From the human T2T-CHM13v2.0 reference genome, Homo sapiens, in the NCBI RefSeq assembly GCF_009914755.1, contig NC_060934.1: a DNA stretch of 64,000 bases; one strand, 5' to 3'. How positions within the stretch are numbered: the first letter of the stretch is position 1; every line of letters starts with the position of its first letter. The position numbers and the translations under genes were made by a program. The notes under the pieces were generated by a model, which was not told where the DNA came from, did no database searches, and saw only the letters and a program-made list of their open reading frames with translations. Below, in pieces: positions 1-16,385 of the stretch.

Positions 1-156
1 CCTGCTCTGTGCAGCCTCAGGACATGGTGCCCAGCATCCCAGCTGCTCAGCTCCAGCCATGGCTAAAAGGGGCCAAGGTATAGTTCAGGCCATGGCTTCA
101 GAGGGTGCAAGCCCCAAGCCATGGTGCCTTATACGAGATATGGGGCCTGTGGGTCA
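1..156 (+). mobile_element. MaLR (MST-type) internal sequence fragment, continues at ~2304
   Basis: Matches the MaLR internal motif 'cagccatggctaaaaggggccaaggta...gagggtgcaagccccaagcc'; the next part of the consensus resumes at ~2304 ('ccgagatttcaaagaatgtatggaaa'). Confidence 0.75.
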
Positions 157-2303
157 CCCCTTCACAGGCTAGCAGGAAAGAGAATGAGTGCCATCAGGGC
201 AAATGACAGATGCTTATAAAACCATCAGATCTTGTGAGACTCACTCATTATCACAAGAACAGCATAGGAGGAAATTGCCCCCATTATACAATTACTTCCA
301 CCTGGTCCCACACTTGACACATGAAGATTTTTCCAATTCAAGGTGAGATTTGCATGGGGACACAGAGCCAAACCGTACTATTCCACCGCTAGTCCTTCCC
401 AAATCTCATGTACTCATATTTTAAAACACAATTGTGCCATTTCAACAGTCCTCCAAAGTCCTAACTCATTCCAGCATTAACCCAAAGGTTCAAGTCCAAA
501 GTCTCAACTAAGACAAGGCAAGTAAAACCAAAAGCAAGTTAGTTACTTCCTAGGTATAATGAGGGTACAGGCATTGGGTAGATACAACCATTCCCAATGG
601 AAGAAATTGACACAAAAAAAGGGGCTGCAGGCTGCATGCAAGTCTGAAATCCAAAAGAGAAGTCATTAAACCTTAAAGTTCCACAATGATCTCCTTTGAC
701 TCCATGTCTCACATCCAGGTCATGCTGATGCAAGAAGTGGGATATCACAGCCTTGGGCAGCTCCACCTCTGTGCCTTTACAGGGTACAAACCCTCTCCTG
801 GCTGCTTTCATGGGTTGACTGTGAGTGCTTGTGACTTTTCTAAGCACACAGTGCAAGCTCTTGGTGGATCTACCATTCTGCAGTCTGGAGGATAGTGGCC
901 CTCTTCTCACAGCTCCATTAGGCAGTGCCCCAGTGGGGATTGTGTGGCAGGGCTCAAACCCCACATTTCCCTTCTGCACTGCCCTAACAGAGGTTCTACA
1001 TGAGGGCTCTGCCCCTGGAGCAAAATTCTGCCTGAACATCCAGGCATTTCCATACATCCTCTAAAATCTAAGAGGAGGCCTCCCAGCCTCGATTCTTGAC
1101 TCCTGTGCAGCCACAAACCCAACACCACATGTACGTTGCAAAGGCTTGGGGCTTGCACCCTCTGAAGTAAAATCCTGAGCTGCACATTGGCCCCTTTTAG
1201 CCATGGCTGGGACTGACACACCTGGGACACAGGGCACCATGTCCTAAAGCTGCACAGAGCAGGGTGATCCTGGGCCCAGCCCATGAAAGCATTTTTCCTT
1301 CCTAGGCCTCTGGGTCTTTGATGAAAGGAGTTGATGAGAATGTCTCTTTCATGCCCTGGACACATTTCCCCATTGTTTTGGTGATTAACATTCAGCTCCT
1401 GGTTACTTATGCCAATTTCTGCAGCAGGCTTGAATTTCTCTTCAGAAAATGGGTTTTTATTTTCTATTGCACTCACAGGTTACAAATTTTCCAAACTTTT
1501 ACTCTCTGCTTTCTCTTGAACACTTTGCCACTTAGAAATTTCTTCTGCCAGTTACCCTAAATGGTTTCTCTCAAGTTCAAAGTTCCAGAGATCTCTAGCA
1601 CAGGGGAAAAGTGCTGCCATCTCTTTGCTAAAGCATAGCTAGAGTCACCATTGCTCCAGTTCCCAAGAAGTTCCACAACTCCATCTGAGACCACCTCAGC
1701 CTTGACTTCAGTGTTCATATCACCATCAGAATTTTGATCAAAGCCATTCAACAAGTCTTTAGGAAGTTCCGAACTTTCCCACATCTTCCTGTCTTCTGAG
1801 ACCCCCAAATCTCTAAGAAGTTCCAAATTTTTCCACATTTCTCTGTGCTTCTTCTGAGCCCTCTAAACTGTTCCAACCTCTTCCTGTTACCCAGTTCCAA
1901 AGTCACTTCCGCATTTTGGGGTGTCTTTATAGCAACACCCTACTCCTGGTACCAATTTACTGTATTGACCCATTTTCACACCACTACAAAGAAATACCAA
2001 AGACTAAGTAATTTGTAAAGTAAAAAGATTTTATTGACTCACATTTGTGCAGTGCTGTGGAGGCCTCAGGAAATTTACAATCATGGCAGAAGGCACCACT
2101 TCACAGGGTGGCAGGAGAGAGAATGAGTGCTAGCAGGGCAAATGCCATTAGATATTGTAAGACTCACTCATTATCATGAGAATAGCATGGGGAAACCACC
2201 CCCATGATCCAGTTACTTCCACCCTGTCCTACCCTTGACATGTGGTGATTAATACAATTCATAGCGAGATTTGGGTGGGAACATTGAGCAAAACCATATT
2301 ATC
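157..2303 (-). mobile_element. THE1D/MSTA-like MaLR element (truncated LTR ~157-380, internal ~381-1960, LTR ~1961-2303) inserted antisense into MST internal sequence
   Basis: Two LTR copies ('gagactcactcattatca...gagatttgggtggg'); internal ORF remnant 1557-1838 KMWESSELPKDLLNGFDQNSDGDM is typical of the MaLR internal ORF. Confidence 0.8.
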
Positions 2304-3385
2304 CCCTCTGCCGAGATTTCAAAGAATGTATGGAAAAACCTGGGTGCTGAGGCAGGATTCTGCTGACAGTGTTGAGCCCTCACAGAGAACCTCTACTAGG
2401 GCAGCGACAAGGGGAAATGTAGGGCTGGAGACCCCATACAGAATCCCCACTGGGTCACTGCCTAGTGGAGCTGTGAGAATGGGGCTATATTAGTTCTATT
2501 TTATGCTGCTGATAAAGATATACCCGAGACTGGGCAATTTACAAAAGAAAGAGGTTTAATGGACTCACAGTTCTACATGGTTGGGGAGGCCTCATGATCA
2601 TGATGGAAGGTGAAAGACATGTCTCACATGGCAGCAGACAAGAAAAGAGAGCTTGTGGAGGAAAACTCTTCTTTGTAAAACCAACAAATCTTATGAAACT
2701 TATTTACTACCACAAGAACAGTATGGAGGAAAACCACCCCTATGATTCAATTATCTCCCACTAAGTGCCTCCCACAACACATGGGATTATGGGAGCTACA
2801 ATCCAAGATGTTATTTGAATGGGGACACAGCGAAACCATATCAGGGGCCACTGCCCTCCAGACCCGAGAATAGTAGATCCACTGGCAGCTTGCACCCTGC
2901 ACCTGGAAAAGCCACAGGCACTCAACAACTTGTGAAAGCAGCCTTGGGGGCTGAACCCTGCAAAGCCACACAGGTGGAGATTCCTGAGGCCTAGAGAGCT
3001 CACCCCTTGAACCCATTTGCCCTGGATGTGGGACATGGAGTAAAAAGAGATTATTTTGAAGCTTTGAAGTTTAATGACTTCCTTGATGAATTTTGGATTT
3101 ACCTGAGACTTGTATCCCCTTTCTTTTGGCCAATATCTCCCTTTGGGGATGGGAATATTTGCCCAGTGCCTATACCACCAATAAATTATCGAAGTAAATA
3201 ACTTGCCTTTGAATTTACAGGTTCATAGGCAGAAGGAATTTTCCTTGTCTCAGATGAGACTTTGGACTTTGGACTTTTGAGTTAATGCTAGAATGAGGCA
3301 AGACTTTGGAGGGACTACTGAGAAAAGGTGACTGTATTTTGAAATGTAAAAAGGATATGAGATTTAGGAAGGGCTAGGGGCACAA
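2304..3385 (+). mobile_element. MST-type MaLR internal sequence, interrupted by a THE1 LTR
   Basis: 'agagaacctctactagggcag', 'cagatgagactttggactttgg', with a purine-rich PPT-like end before the LTR. Confidence 0.8.
2486..2843 (-). mobile_element. THE1B/C solo LTR
   Basis: 'gctgataaagatatacccgagactgggcaatttacaaaagaaagaggttt'; perfect 5-bp TSD GGGGC at 2481-2485 and 2844-2848. Confidence 0.9.
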
Positions 3386-4111
<726 letters not shown>

Positions 4112-7100
4112 CAAAGACAAAGAGATAATTCTAAAAACAGCAAGAAAAAAATTGTCTAGTCACATATAAGGAATTCTCATCAGACTTCCAACTGGTTTTC
4201 AGTAGAAATCCTACAGCCCAGAAGAGAGTGGAATGATATATTCAAAATGCTAAAAAAAAAATAAAACTAAGCCAAAAATACTATAGCCAGCAAATTATAC
4301 TTTATAAATGAAGAAGTAAAACCATTTCCAGGCAAGTAAAAACTAAGGGAATGCATCATGACCAGACTAGCCCTACAAAAAATTCTTAAGGGAATTCTAC
4401 ACATTGAAGCAAAAGGACAATATCTACCATTATGAAAACACAAAGGAACAAAACATATCGATAAAGTAAACATAAAAATGAATAAGAGAAAGAACTCAGA
4501 GTTAGCACTACCACCAAATAACAATGATAAATAACAGGAGAGAAATAAAGGAAGAAAGCATACACAAAACAATAAAAAAAATTAACAAAATGACAGGAAT
4601 AAGGTCTTACATATCAGTGATAATCTTGAATAAAATGGATTGAATTTTCCATTTAAAGGTATAAAATAGCTGAATGTATTGAAAAAACATGTTTCAACTA
4701 TATGCTGCCTACAAGAGACTAACTTCACCTGTGAAGATACAAATAGAGTAAAAGAAAATTTAAAAAACTTATTAAAACAGATAAAAATTTACAAACAAAT
4801 ACCAAAACCTATAGAATACAACAAAAGTAGTGCTAAAGAAAAGTTTATAGTAATAAATGCCTAAATAAAAAAATGTGAATGGTTTTGAATAATCAAGCTA
4901 AAATATACCTCAATTAACTGGAAAAGCAGTAACAAACCAAGCCCAAAATTAGTAGAAGGAAAAAAATAATAAATAACAAAGAAGAACCATACAAAGAATG
5001 AATGAAATAAAAAGTTGATGTTTTGAAAGATGAACTAAATTTATAAACTGCTAGCTACATTAACCAGTAAAAAAGAGAGTATACCCAAAAAATGAACAAA
5101 ATCAGAAACAAAGAGGGAACATGACAACTGATAGCACAGAAATGTAAAAGATCACCAGAGAGTACTACAAACAAGTATACAGAAATAAACTGGAAAACAT
5201 TGAGAAAGTAGATAAATTCATGGACACATAAACCTACCAATCTTGAATCAGGAAAAAATAGAAAACATGAACAGACCAATAACAGGCATCAAGATTGAAT
5301 TGGTATGCAGAAGTCTCCCAACTAGGAAAAGCCCAGAATGTCATGACTTCACTGCCAAACTCTACTAGACTTACAAAGAAGAACAACAATTCTCCTCAAA
5401 CTATTCCAAAAAAATTAAAGAGGAAGGAATTCTCTCTAACTTATTCTATGAGGGCAGAGATGCATTGATATGAAAACCATACAAGGACACAATAAAAAAG
5501 AAAACTACAGGCTAATATTTCTAATAAACATAAACACAAGAATTTTTAACAAAATACAACCAAATGAATCCAAAAGCATATCAAAAAGAATACACCATGA
5601 TCAAATGGGATTTATACCAGTATTGTAAGGATGGTTCAGCATATGCAAATCAGTAAATGTGAGCCATTCACATCAAAAATATGAAGAACAAAACCATCTG
5701 ATCATCTCAATAGATTCAGAAAAAGAATTCTATAAAATTAAATGTCTTTTATGAAAAAAGCTTTCAATAAAGTAGGCATAGAAAGAACTTACCTCAAAAT
5801 AATAAAATGCATTTATGACAAACACACAGCTACATCATACTGAATGGAGAAAAGCTGAAAGCTGTTCTTTAAGAACTGGAATAAGACAAGGATGCCCACT
5901 TTCGCCACTGCTGTTAAACATAGTACTGGAAGTTCTAACCAGAGCTATTTGGCAATGGAAAGAAGTAAAATTCATCAAAACTGGAAAAAAGAAAGTTAAA
6001 TTATTCCTTTTTTCAGAGCACATGTTCGTATGTTTAAACAAAAACAAAAAAAACACTAAAATCTCTACCAAAATCTCTTATATGCCAATTCAGTAAAATT
6101 GCAGGATACAAAATCAACATACAAAACTTACTATTTCTCTAAACTGAGAATAAACTCCCTGAAAAAGAAATCAAGAAGACTATCTCATTTTTAATAGCTA
6201 CAAATGAAATAAAATAAAATACTTAGGAATATATTTATCCAAGAAAGTGAAAGACTTCTATAAGGAAAATGACAACGCTGATGAAATCAATTGAAAAGGA
6301 CACAAACAAATGGAAAAGCATTCTATACTCTCAAATTAGAAGACTTAATCTTGTTAAAATAACCATATTACCCAAAGCAACATGCAGATTCAATGCAATC
6401 TTCATGAAATACCGAAGCATTTTTCACAGAAATAGAAAAAAAAATTCTAAAAATCATATGGAAGCAAAAAAGTGCCCGAATAGCCAAAGAAATTTTGAGC
6501 AAAACAAACAAATCTTGAGGCATCACACTATCTGACTTCAAAATATATGACAAGGCTATAGTAATCAAAACGGTATGATATTGATATAAAAATAGGCACA
6601 TAAACCAACAGAACAGAATTGAGAACCCAGAAATAGATTTACGTATTTTAGTCCACTGATTTTTGATAAAGGCACCAAGAACATACATTGAGGAAAAGAT
6701 ATCCTCTTTAATAAATGATATTGGGAAACTGGATATCCATATGCAGAAGAATGAAACTAGAACTCTGTATTTTACCATATAGAAAAATCAACTCAAAATG
6801 AATTAAAGACTTAAATATAAGACTCAAAACTGTAAATCTTCTAGAAGAAAACATAGGGGAAACACTCCAGGACATTAGTCTAGGCAAAGATTTTATGGTT
6901 GAGATCCCAAAAGCACAAGCCAAAAAGAAAAACAAAAATAGACAAATAGGACTATATTGAACTAAAAAACTTTTGCACCAAAAAGGAAACAATCAGCACA
7001 GTGAAGAGACAACCTATTGAATGAAAAAAATATATTTGCAAACTATTCATCTGACAAGGAACTAATATCCAGAATATTCAAGGAACTCAAAAACCTTTAA

Positions 7101-7221
7101 AGAAATATAATAATAATAATTCCATTTAAAAATGGGCTAAGCATCTGAATATACATTCTCAAAAAAAAAGACATACAAATAGCCAACACATATATGAAAA
7201 AATGTTCAACATCACTAATCA
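4112..7221 (+). mobile_element. Old L1 (L1MA/L1PB-like): ORF1 3' part and decayed ORF2 with most of the endonuclease region deleted
   Basis: ORF remnants [38 protein letters not shown]...ILPKATCRFNAI; jump at ~4750 from early EN to the post-EN region. Confidence 0.9.
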
Positions 7222-9420
7222 ACTGCACCTGTTCAATAGTGAGCTGTGGGTCCTGCATCAGCCCAAACATGCTCCTCTACTCTGCAGCATTAAAAATCAA
7301 ACACACTGATCCCAAAGTAGTTGCTCCCATGATCCAGTTTAGTAAAGGTTTCTCAGGAAGCTGACGATATCAATCCACAAAATGAAACTTATTTATTTAT
7401 TTTTTTTACATTTTACTTTCTGGTTTTAAAAGTTACTTAGTTTTGCCTCCATCACCCCCGCCCCAACCACCCCACCACTGATTACCTTTTTGGTAACCAC
7501 AGGACTCAGTCATTTTATTTTGTCCCTGGCATTTTTTTTCCCCTTTTAGGTAGCTTTGAGGCTAGCGATCTGAGCTCTGACAGACCTGCACCCAACCTTA
7601 GTCCAGCCTCAAAGTTCAACCCAGCACTTTCTTCCTTCCTTCCGTTTTAGCAATTATAGATAACAATAACCAAAGGATTGAATATTTTGCTTTTGGCATC
7701 TTAGTTTGCTTCTCTTTATGCATCCATTGAACCAAATCCCCAGGCATTTGAGCCATCTCTAAATTCCACCGGTAACTTTTACCTTTGGTGAACGTGACGC
7801 AACACAGCTACAGCTCCGTACCACGGATGACTATGCAGCCACCCGGTAATCAACTTTCACATTTCCACCCTTTTGTCCTTTCTCTTTCTATCCATTTAGT
7901 TTTAACTGTATCATTTTTTTCTTCATTTGAAACAACCTTTAAATGGCCTCTCAACTAGACAAAGTTACTTTTCCTTTAAGCCAAACCACATCTTCATGTT
8001 TTTCATAAACTTCTTTCCCAAAATCACATAGTTTTCTTTATATAAACACTCTGTATATAGAATACCTTTTCCTACATTGAGCAGTTTTAATTACTATATA
8101 TTAACTACTAGTCTAACTCTTAGTAACCCAAATTCCTAGTAAAAACTCTAGAATTGCTTAATTTACCATAGCATGACTTCAGATTTTAAATCATTGAAGA
8201 GAATTTTGAAATTAGTTTTATTTACCAAAGATTATTAAAGCATGTGAACTAACAGGCATTTGAGCTAACTTTTATTTTTCTAATAAAATATTTTATTTAT
8301 GTGTATAATTTCACTTTAAGCCAATTGATTAGAACTTCTTTGTATATTTTCTAGTGAAATATCACTTACATAGGACGCATATCAACATAACAGACACGCA
8401 GAAAGAAGCAGATCTTGTGTATAGGGTTTTTCATTTCCCAGTTTTCAAAGCTTCACCCCAACTTTAGACTGTCAATCTCTTAAATAGCTGCTTTATGCCC
8501 TAAACAATTGTTAGGGAAGCAACTTTAAATTAGCGTCTCCAAAGACAGGACTCAGGGGAACTAGATAGAAAATTTACATCTCAAAGACACAGAACATAGA
8601 TCTAAACAAATGCAGTGTTTGTTATGTAAACTTTAAACCATTCTGTTCCCCATAAAGTTCCTAGTGGTTTAAGTGCAGAGACAGGTAAGCCTTTAAAAAT
8701 TGAGGTTTCTTTTAAATATGAAAATTACTTTTACAAAGAGTTTCAAAGACTGATTTAGTTTGACAGGTGGTCTTTTCAACTTAGCTTGTTTCTTAGTTAG
8801 ATTACTGATTTTAGGATAGAGTTCTTTAAGAACTCTAAAGCATGAAGTTTTTAGGGTCTAACACGTGCTTTTCTTATCCAGACATACAAAGAACTTAGCA
8901 GCCCCCTGTAGCAATGACCATCTTCTCCAAATAACTGTCCTTAGTCACCTCCAACACTGCAGCTCTTGCCCACCATCACACTACCAACCATCAAACACAC
9001 ATCAAGGTCAAATCCTCTCACAGTGTCAAGCAATCTATGGTACTCCCCAAAAAGCCAAAGATAATTCAATACAAAAGAGAGCAGAGTTTTATCTGTCCAC
9101 TCACAACTTTGGGGGTGCCATGAAGAAAAATAGGTTTCTCCCCAAAAGAGAAATCTGGGGCCTTTTCCATTTTCCCCAAGGGATCCCAGGCTGTCATAAT
9201 TCTTTCTTTTGTTGTTCCCTAATGTGGCATTGAGGATGACAACAGGAAGGAGGGACAGGCAGATGGAAATAGAGGCACAGTCAGGATTCATTTGACTGAG
9301 AAGTTTTAGAGAGAACAGAGGCCTTAAAACAATATATAGGTATACATATATAGCTCAGGTCGTAGGTTTAATTAAGTCAACTTTTTACTATCAAGCTCTT
9401 TAAAGAGAAACCGTTTCCAA
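7222..9420 (-). mobile_element. ERV1-class (MER4-group-like) non-coding internal sequence
   Basis: Recalled similarity of motifs such as 'tttaccaaagattattaaagcatgtgaact' and 'aatacaaaagagagcagagtttt'; no intact ORF; orientation uncertain. Confidence 0.5.
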
Positions 9421-9765
9421 TTGTAATTCCTACTGAAGCCATTTTACTTTGCTTCTGCTAGCTGGGCTTCTGTTGCCAAATAGGCAGCCCACAGAAGTGG
9501 CCATCTGCTGCAGTGGCAGCTCACCACCATTCCTTACCACAGGGTGATAGATGGCTCACAGCTAACAATTTCTCTAAACATACTGGTGTTTACAAGGCAT
9601 CCCTATACTCATGCAGAAGCATCTAAAAGGTAGAGCCACACTACTCCAGATAGAAATGGCTGCCACCTGGGATGTCCCCCATGGACTTCTTCCATGGTTG
9701 ATTCATTCCCTTTGCCCATATTTTCGTCTCTTAGCTCCTGGCCTGGCTTGCCACAAGTTTCACAG

Positions 9766-10305
9766 TGGGCAGTTCTATGCAAACCTATCTGATATGCTTT
9801 GGCTTTATGTCCCCACCCAAATCACATCTCAAATTGTAATCCCCATAATCTCCACTTGTCGAGGGAGGGACCTAGTGGGAGGTGATTGGATCATGGGGGT
9901 GGTTTCCCACATGTTTTTCTAATGATAGTGAGTTCTCACGAGATCTGATGGTTTTATAAGCATTTAACAATTCCTGCTCCACACGCTCTCTTTTGCTTGC
10001 TGCCATGTAAGACAGGTAGGCTTCCCCTTCCACCATGACTGTAAGTTTCCTGAGGTCTCCCAAACCATGTGGAACTGTGAATCAATTAAACCTCTTTTCT
10101 TTATAAATTACCCAGTCTCGGAAAGTTCTTTATAGCAGTGTGAAAACAGACTAATACACTATTCCAAAGTCTGAGGAAGCTGAGAAGCTGAAGAAAAAGG
10201 CTGACAAATACAGTTTCTTAGAAAGAAAGATTTAATAGGGACTTATGAACAGAAGCCATGTCTGTGACACAAGCAGCAGTGAGATGAGATCATGGATCCC
10301 CGCCT
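9766..10305 (-). mobile_element. ERV1-class LTR fragment split by a THE1 LTR
   Basis: 'gggcagttctatgcaaacct|...ccaaagtctgaggaagctgagaagctgaagaaaaaggctgacaaat' reads as one continuous LTR-type sequence across the insertion. Confidence 0.5.
9790..10158 (+). mobile_element. THE1C/D solo LTR
   Basis: TGATATG...CTAATACA termini; near-perfect 5-bp TSD CTATC (9785-9789) / CTATT (10159-10163). Confidence 0.9.
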
Positions 10306-10309
10306 CAAT

Positions 10310-11930
10310 TCACTTTATAAAGCCAACACCTAATACAAAAATTAAAGATGGTTTTTAAAGACTAATGTCCTTCGTGAATAAAGATGCAAATATTCCCAAC
10401 AAAATATTAGCAAATCCAATCCAGAACATATAAAAAGAATGTATGCCACAACCAAGAGATATTTTTTCTCTCCAAGGATGAAAGTTTGTTTCAATACATA
10501 AAATTTATCAATATAATTTATCACATTAACTTTTTAAAGAAAAAAATTACAAGATATCAACTGATACAGAAGAGATATTTGACAAAAATAAATTGATAAT
10601 AAAACTCTCAGAAAATTAGAACTAGAAAGAAACTGTCTCAACCTGATAAAAAGCATTCACAAGAAGCCTATGGTTAACATCATACTTAATATTGATATAC
10701 TAAATATTTTACTCCAAAGATTAGAAATAAAGCAAAGATGTTTATTGTTACCACTCATATTTAACAGTGCATTTCAGTCTTAGCCAGTGTAATAAGGCAA
10801 GGCAAAGAAATAAAAAGCATAATGATTGGGAAGAAAGAAATAAAACTGTTTGTAATTGTAGATGGTATGACAATTATAAGGCATCAACCAAAAAAAATGA
10901 AAAACAATTTTGAGAACTAATAGTGACAAGGTCATAAGATATAAGAGAAATTCAAAAAATTGAAAATTTCTATATGCTAGTAATGAAAAAATTGAAAATC
11001 AAATTTTAAAACATAATACCATTTACAATTACTACAAATAAGGAACACTTAAGTATATGTTGAACCAAAAATGTAGAGAATCTACATTCTAAAAACTTTA
11101 AAATGCTGGTGAAGGAAATCAAAGATGACCTAAATAAATGGAAAGACATAATGTGTTTATGTTTTGGAATATTCAACATAGTGTCAATTTTCCTCAAATT
11201 AAAATACAAGCATACTACAATTTCTACCGAAATATCAAGAAAATTAGTTAGAAATACAAACCAGGTAATTTTGAAATTTATATAAAAGGCCAGATGACCC
11301 AGCATAGCCAAAACAGATTATTTCAATAAACAAAACTGATCACCAAACAAAATTAATCACTGAAGAATTTGAACTAAGGAGATACTAATTTCTACAGGCA
11401 GAATAAAGCCTGAAAATGAAAAATTCATTCAATGGGCCATAGCATTACCCTAATAGCCAATCCAAATAAGGACATTACAAGAAAAGAAATCTATAGACCA
11501 GTATCTCTTATGAACATGAACAAAAAAATCCTCAGCAAAATATTAGCAAATTCAATACAACAATGTATAGATCTGAACAGATATATCACCAAAGAAGATT
11601 TACAGATGAAAAATAAGCATATGAAAAAATTCTTAGCACCATTTGTCATTAGGTAATTGCAAATTGAAAAATAATGATGAGATACCACTATACACCAGTT
11701 AGAATGGCTAAAATAAAAAAAAATAATAATAACTGAAAATACCAAATACTGGCAAGGATGTGGAGCAACAGAAACTTTTGTTTATTGCTGGTGGGAATGC
11801 AAAATGCTACAGCCATTTTGAAAGAAATGTTGGCAGTTTCTTATAAAGCTAACATAGTCTTATCATATGATCCAGCAATCATAGTCCTAGATATTTGTCC
11901 AATTAATTTGAAAAAATATGTCCCAGAAGA
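10310..11930 (+). mobile_element. Very old L1 (L1M/L1MC-like) ORF2 fragments, not colinear
   Basis: Remnants EIKDDLNKWKDI and [27 protein letters not shown]; the RT N-terminal segment occurs twice (~10330 and ~11440) and the second is joined to a C-terminal segment. Confidence 0.75.
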
Positions 11931-12593
11931 GGGAAAAAAATGACATGCAACCACTTTTCATGGCAAGGTGAAACAACATTAAGCACTCAGTATATTTCAA
12001 TATCAGAGAAATTTGTTTAAATTTTTGGCACAGTTTTAAAAAATGTATCCCCAACTAAACTGGAGAAATTAGGTAGAACATAGTCTGCTAAATATTTCTA
12101 GAATTCAAGGTACCTTTGAAAAGAATTATACATAGAAGAAATCTTTTAAAACAGAAGTGTTAAAATCTTGTATATTTAAAAAGAGAAACAAAAACTTCCT
12201 AGAAGGATGTACTAAATAGTTGATTTCTCACATTATGAAGGAACTGTCCTGCCCTCAAAACTTCTCCATGTCCATATAACTCACAAGCACACAAAATTTT
12301 CAGGATAAAAAAATAAGCATCTCTGGTTACCCAACCATATGTCTTATAGAACAAACAGGAAAAATGGAGAAAGAAGACAGATATTTCCAAACTGAATCAA
12401 CTTACTAACAAACATATTCTTTATAATATCTGTAAAGTTGCCTCAAGGCAAAATAATCAGATTAAACAATTGGCTCTTAACCACAGCATGTTAAGAAAAT
12501 CATAGAGCTACCAGGATGATGTCTTTGGGTTACCACCCAGGTACTGTCACATATAGATATGAAAAAAACAGTCAACAATAGGAAAGAATTGGG

Positions 12594-12699
12594 GTGTTCA
12601 ATTTGTCAGCACATATACTAAAATTGAAATGATACCAAGTAAATTAGCATGGCCTCTGCATAAGGATCCCATAAAACTTTGTGAAGCATTACGTATTTT
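12594..12699 (+). pseudogene. U6 snRNA retropseudogene (full length, diverged)
   Basis: gtgttcaatttgtcagcacatatactaaaattgaaatgataccaagtaaattagcatggcctctgcataaggat...gtgaagcattacgtatttt aligns end to end with U6 (GTGCTCGCTTCGGCAGCACATATACTAAAATTGG...GTGAAGCGTTCCATATTTT). Confidence 0.93.
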
Positions 12700-13396
12700 G
12701 GGGATTGGATAGTTATTGTTTAATGGGTATGAAGTTTCAGTTTTACAAGATGAGAAAGTTCTAGAGATGGATGCTGGTCATGGCTGAACAACAATATGAA
12801 TGTGTACTTACTGCCACTGAACTATACATTTAACAGTTAAAATAGTAAATGTTATGATATCGTGCAAGGTGTCAGAATTGAAATGGAGTAGCTTGTGCCA
12901 AACCCTAACAAAATAAATAAATAAAGCCAGGAGGTTGAGAAGGGAGAACTCTCATATACACATGCCTGTGGGAAAAAAATCTAATACAAAGACCCTGAAG
13001 GGCTCTTACGCACGTATGCCTATAAGAAGAACATTTGCCAAGGACTTTATAAACTGCAGTTTGCTACATGAGTCACAAGGACAGCTAGCTGGATGGACGA
13101 GAATACTTGCATGACACACTGTCTCCACTAATGAACTGACGTCAACTCCTGCGATAAGCCCCTGTACCCACTTGTTCTCTGTTTTAAAACAAATTAAATG
13201 TACTTTTTTCTTTTGCCTTTAAAGCTTCCCCTTGCCTTAATCCCTCTGGATATACTTAATGATCCTCAAAGCCCTTACAGCCTAGATTTGCAAATCCTCT
13301 ACACATTCCTGAATAAACTCAGTAACTTTAGGGAATCTCTGTGTTACTTAGGTTGACAATGGATATATTTTACCACAATAATACAATTTTTAAAAA
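12700..13396 (+). mobile_element. L1MB-type 3' end fused to U6, interrupted by an LTR at 12863-13358
   Basis: 'agttattgtttaatgggtatgaagtttcag...gccactgaactatac' resumes after the LTR as 'atatattttaccacaataa'. Confidence 0.85.
12863..13358 (+). mobile_element. ERV solo LTR (LTR47/MER72-like)
   Basis: TG...CA termini (tgcaaggtgtcagaattgaaatggagt...ttaggttgaca), AATAAA at ~13312, 4-bp near-TSD ATCG/ATGG. Confidence 0.7.
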
Positions 13397-13519
13397 GGAT
13401 TCAGGAAATATGAAAATGGTTCAATTCTTCCCAAAATCACTTTTCCAACTTAATTCCAGGTTTGTGAAATTTTTGTTTTCATGATTTATTTCCTTGAGGT
13501 AAAAAAAACACCTACCTTG

Positions 13520-16385
<2,866 letters not shown>

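Noticed and set aside
539-1838. ORFs of 172, 189 and 93 aa as a possible gene
   Set aside because: They are frameshifted pieces of the MaLR internal sequence.
1760-1840. Short duplication in the MaLR internal ORF (MWKNLEL / MWESSEL)
   Set aside because: Probably a feature of the family consensus rather than of this locus.
12594-12699. Functional U6 gene
   Set aside because: The ACAGAGA box is mutated, substitutions are numerous, no convincing upstream PSE/TATA is visible, and it is fused to L1.
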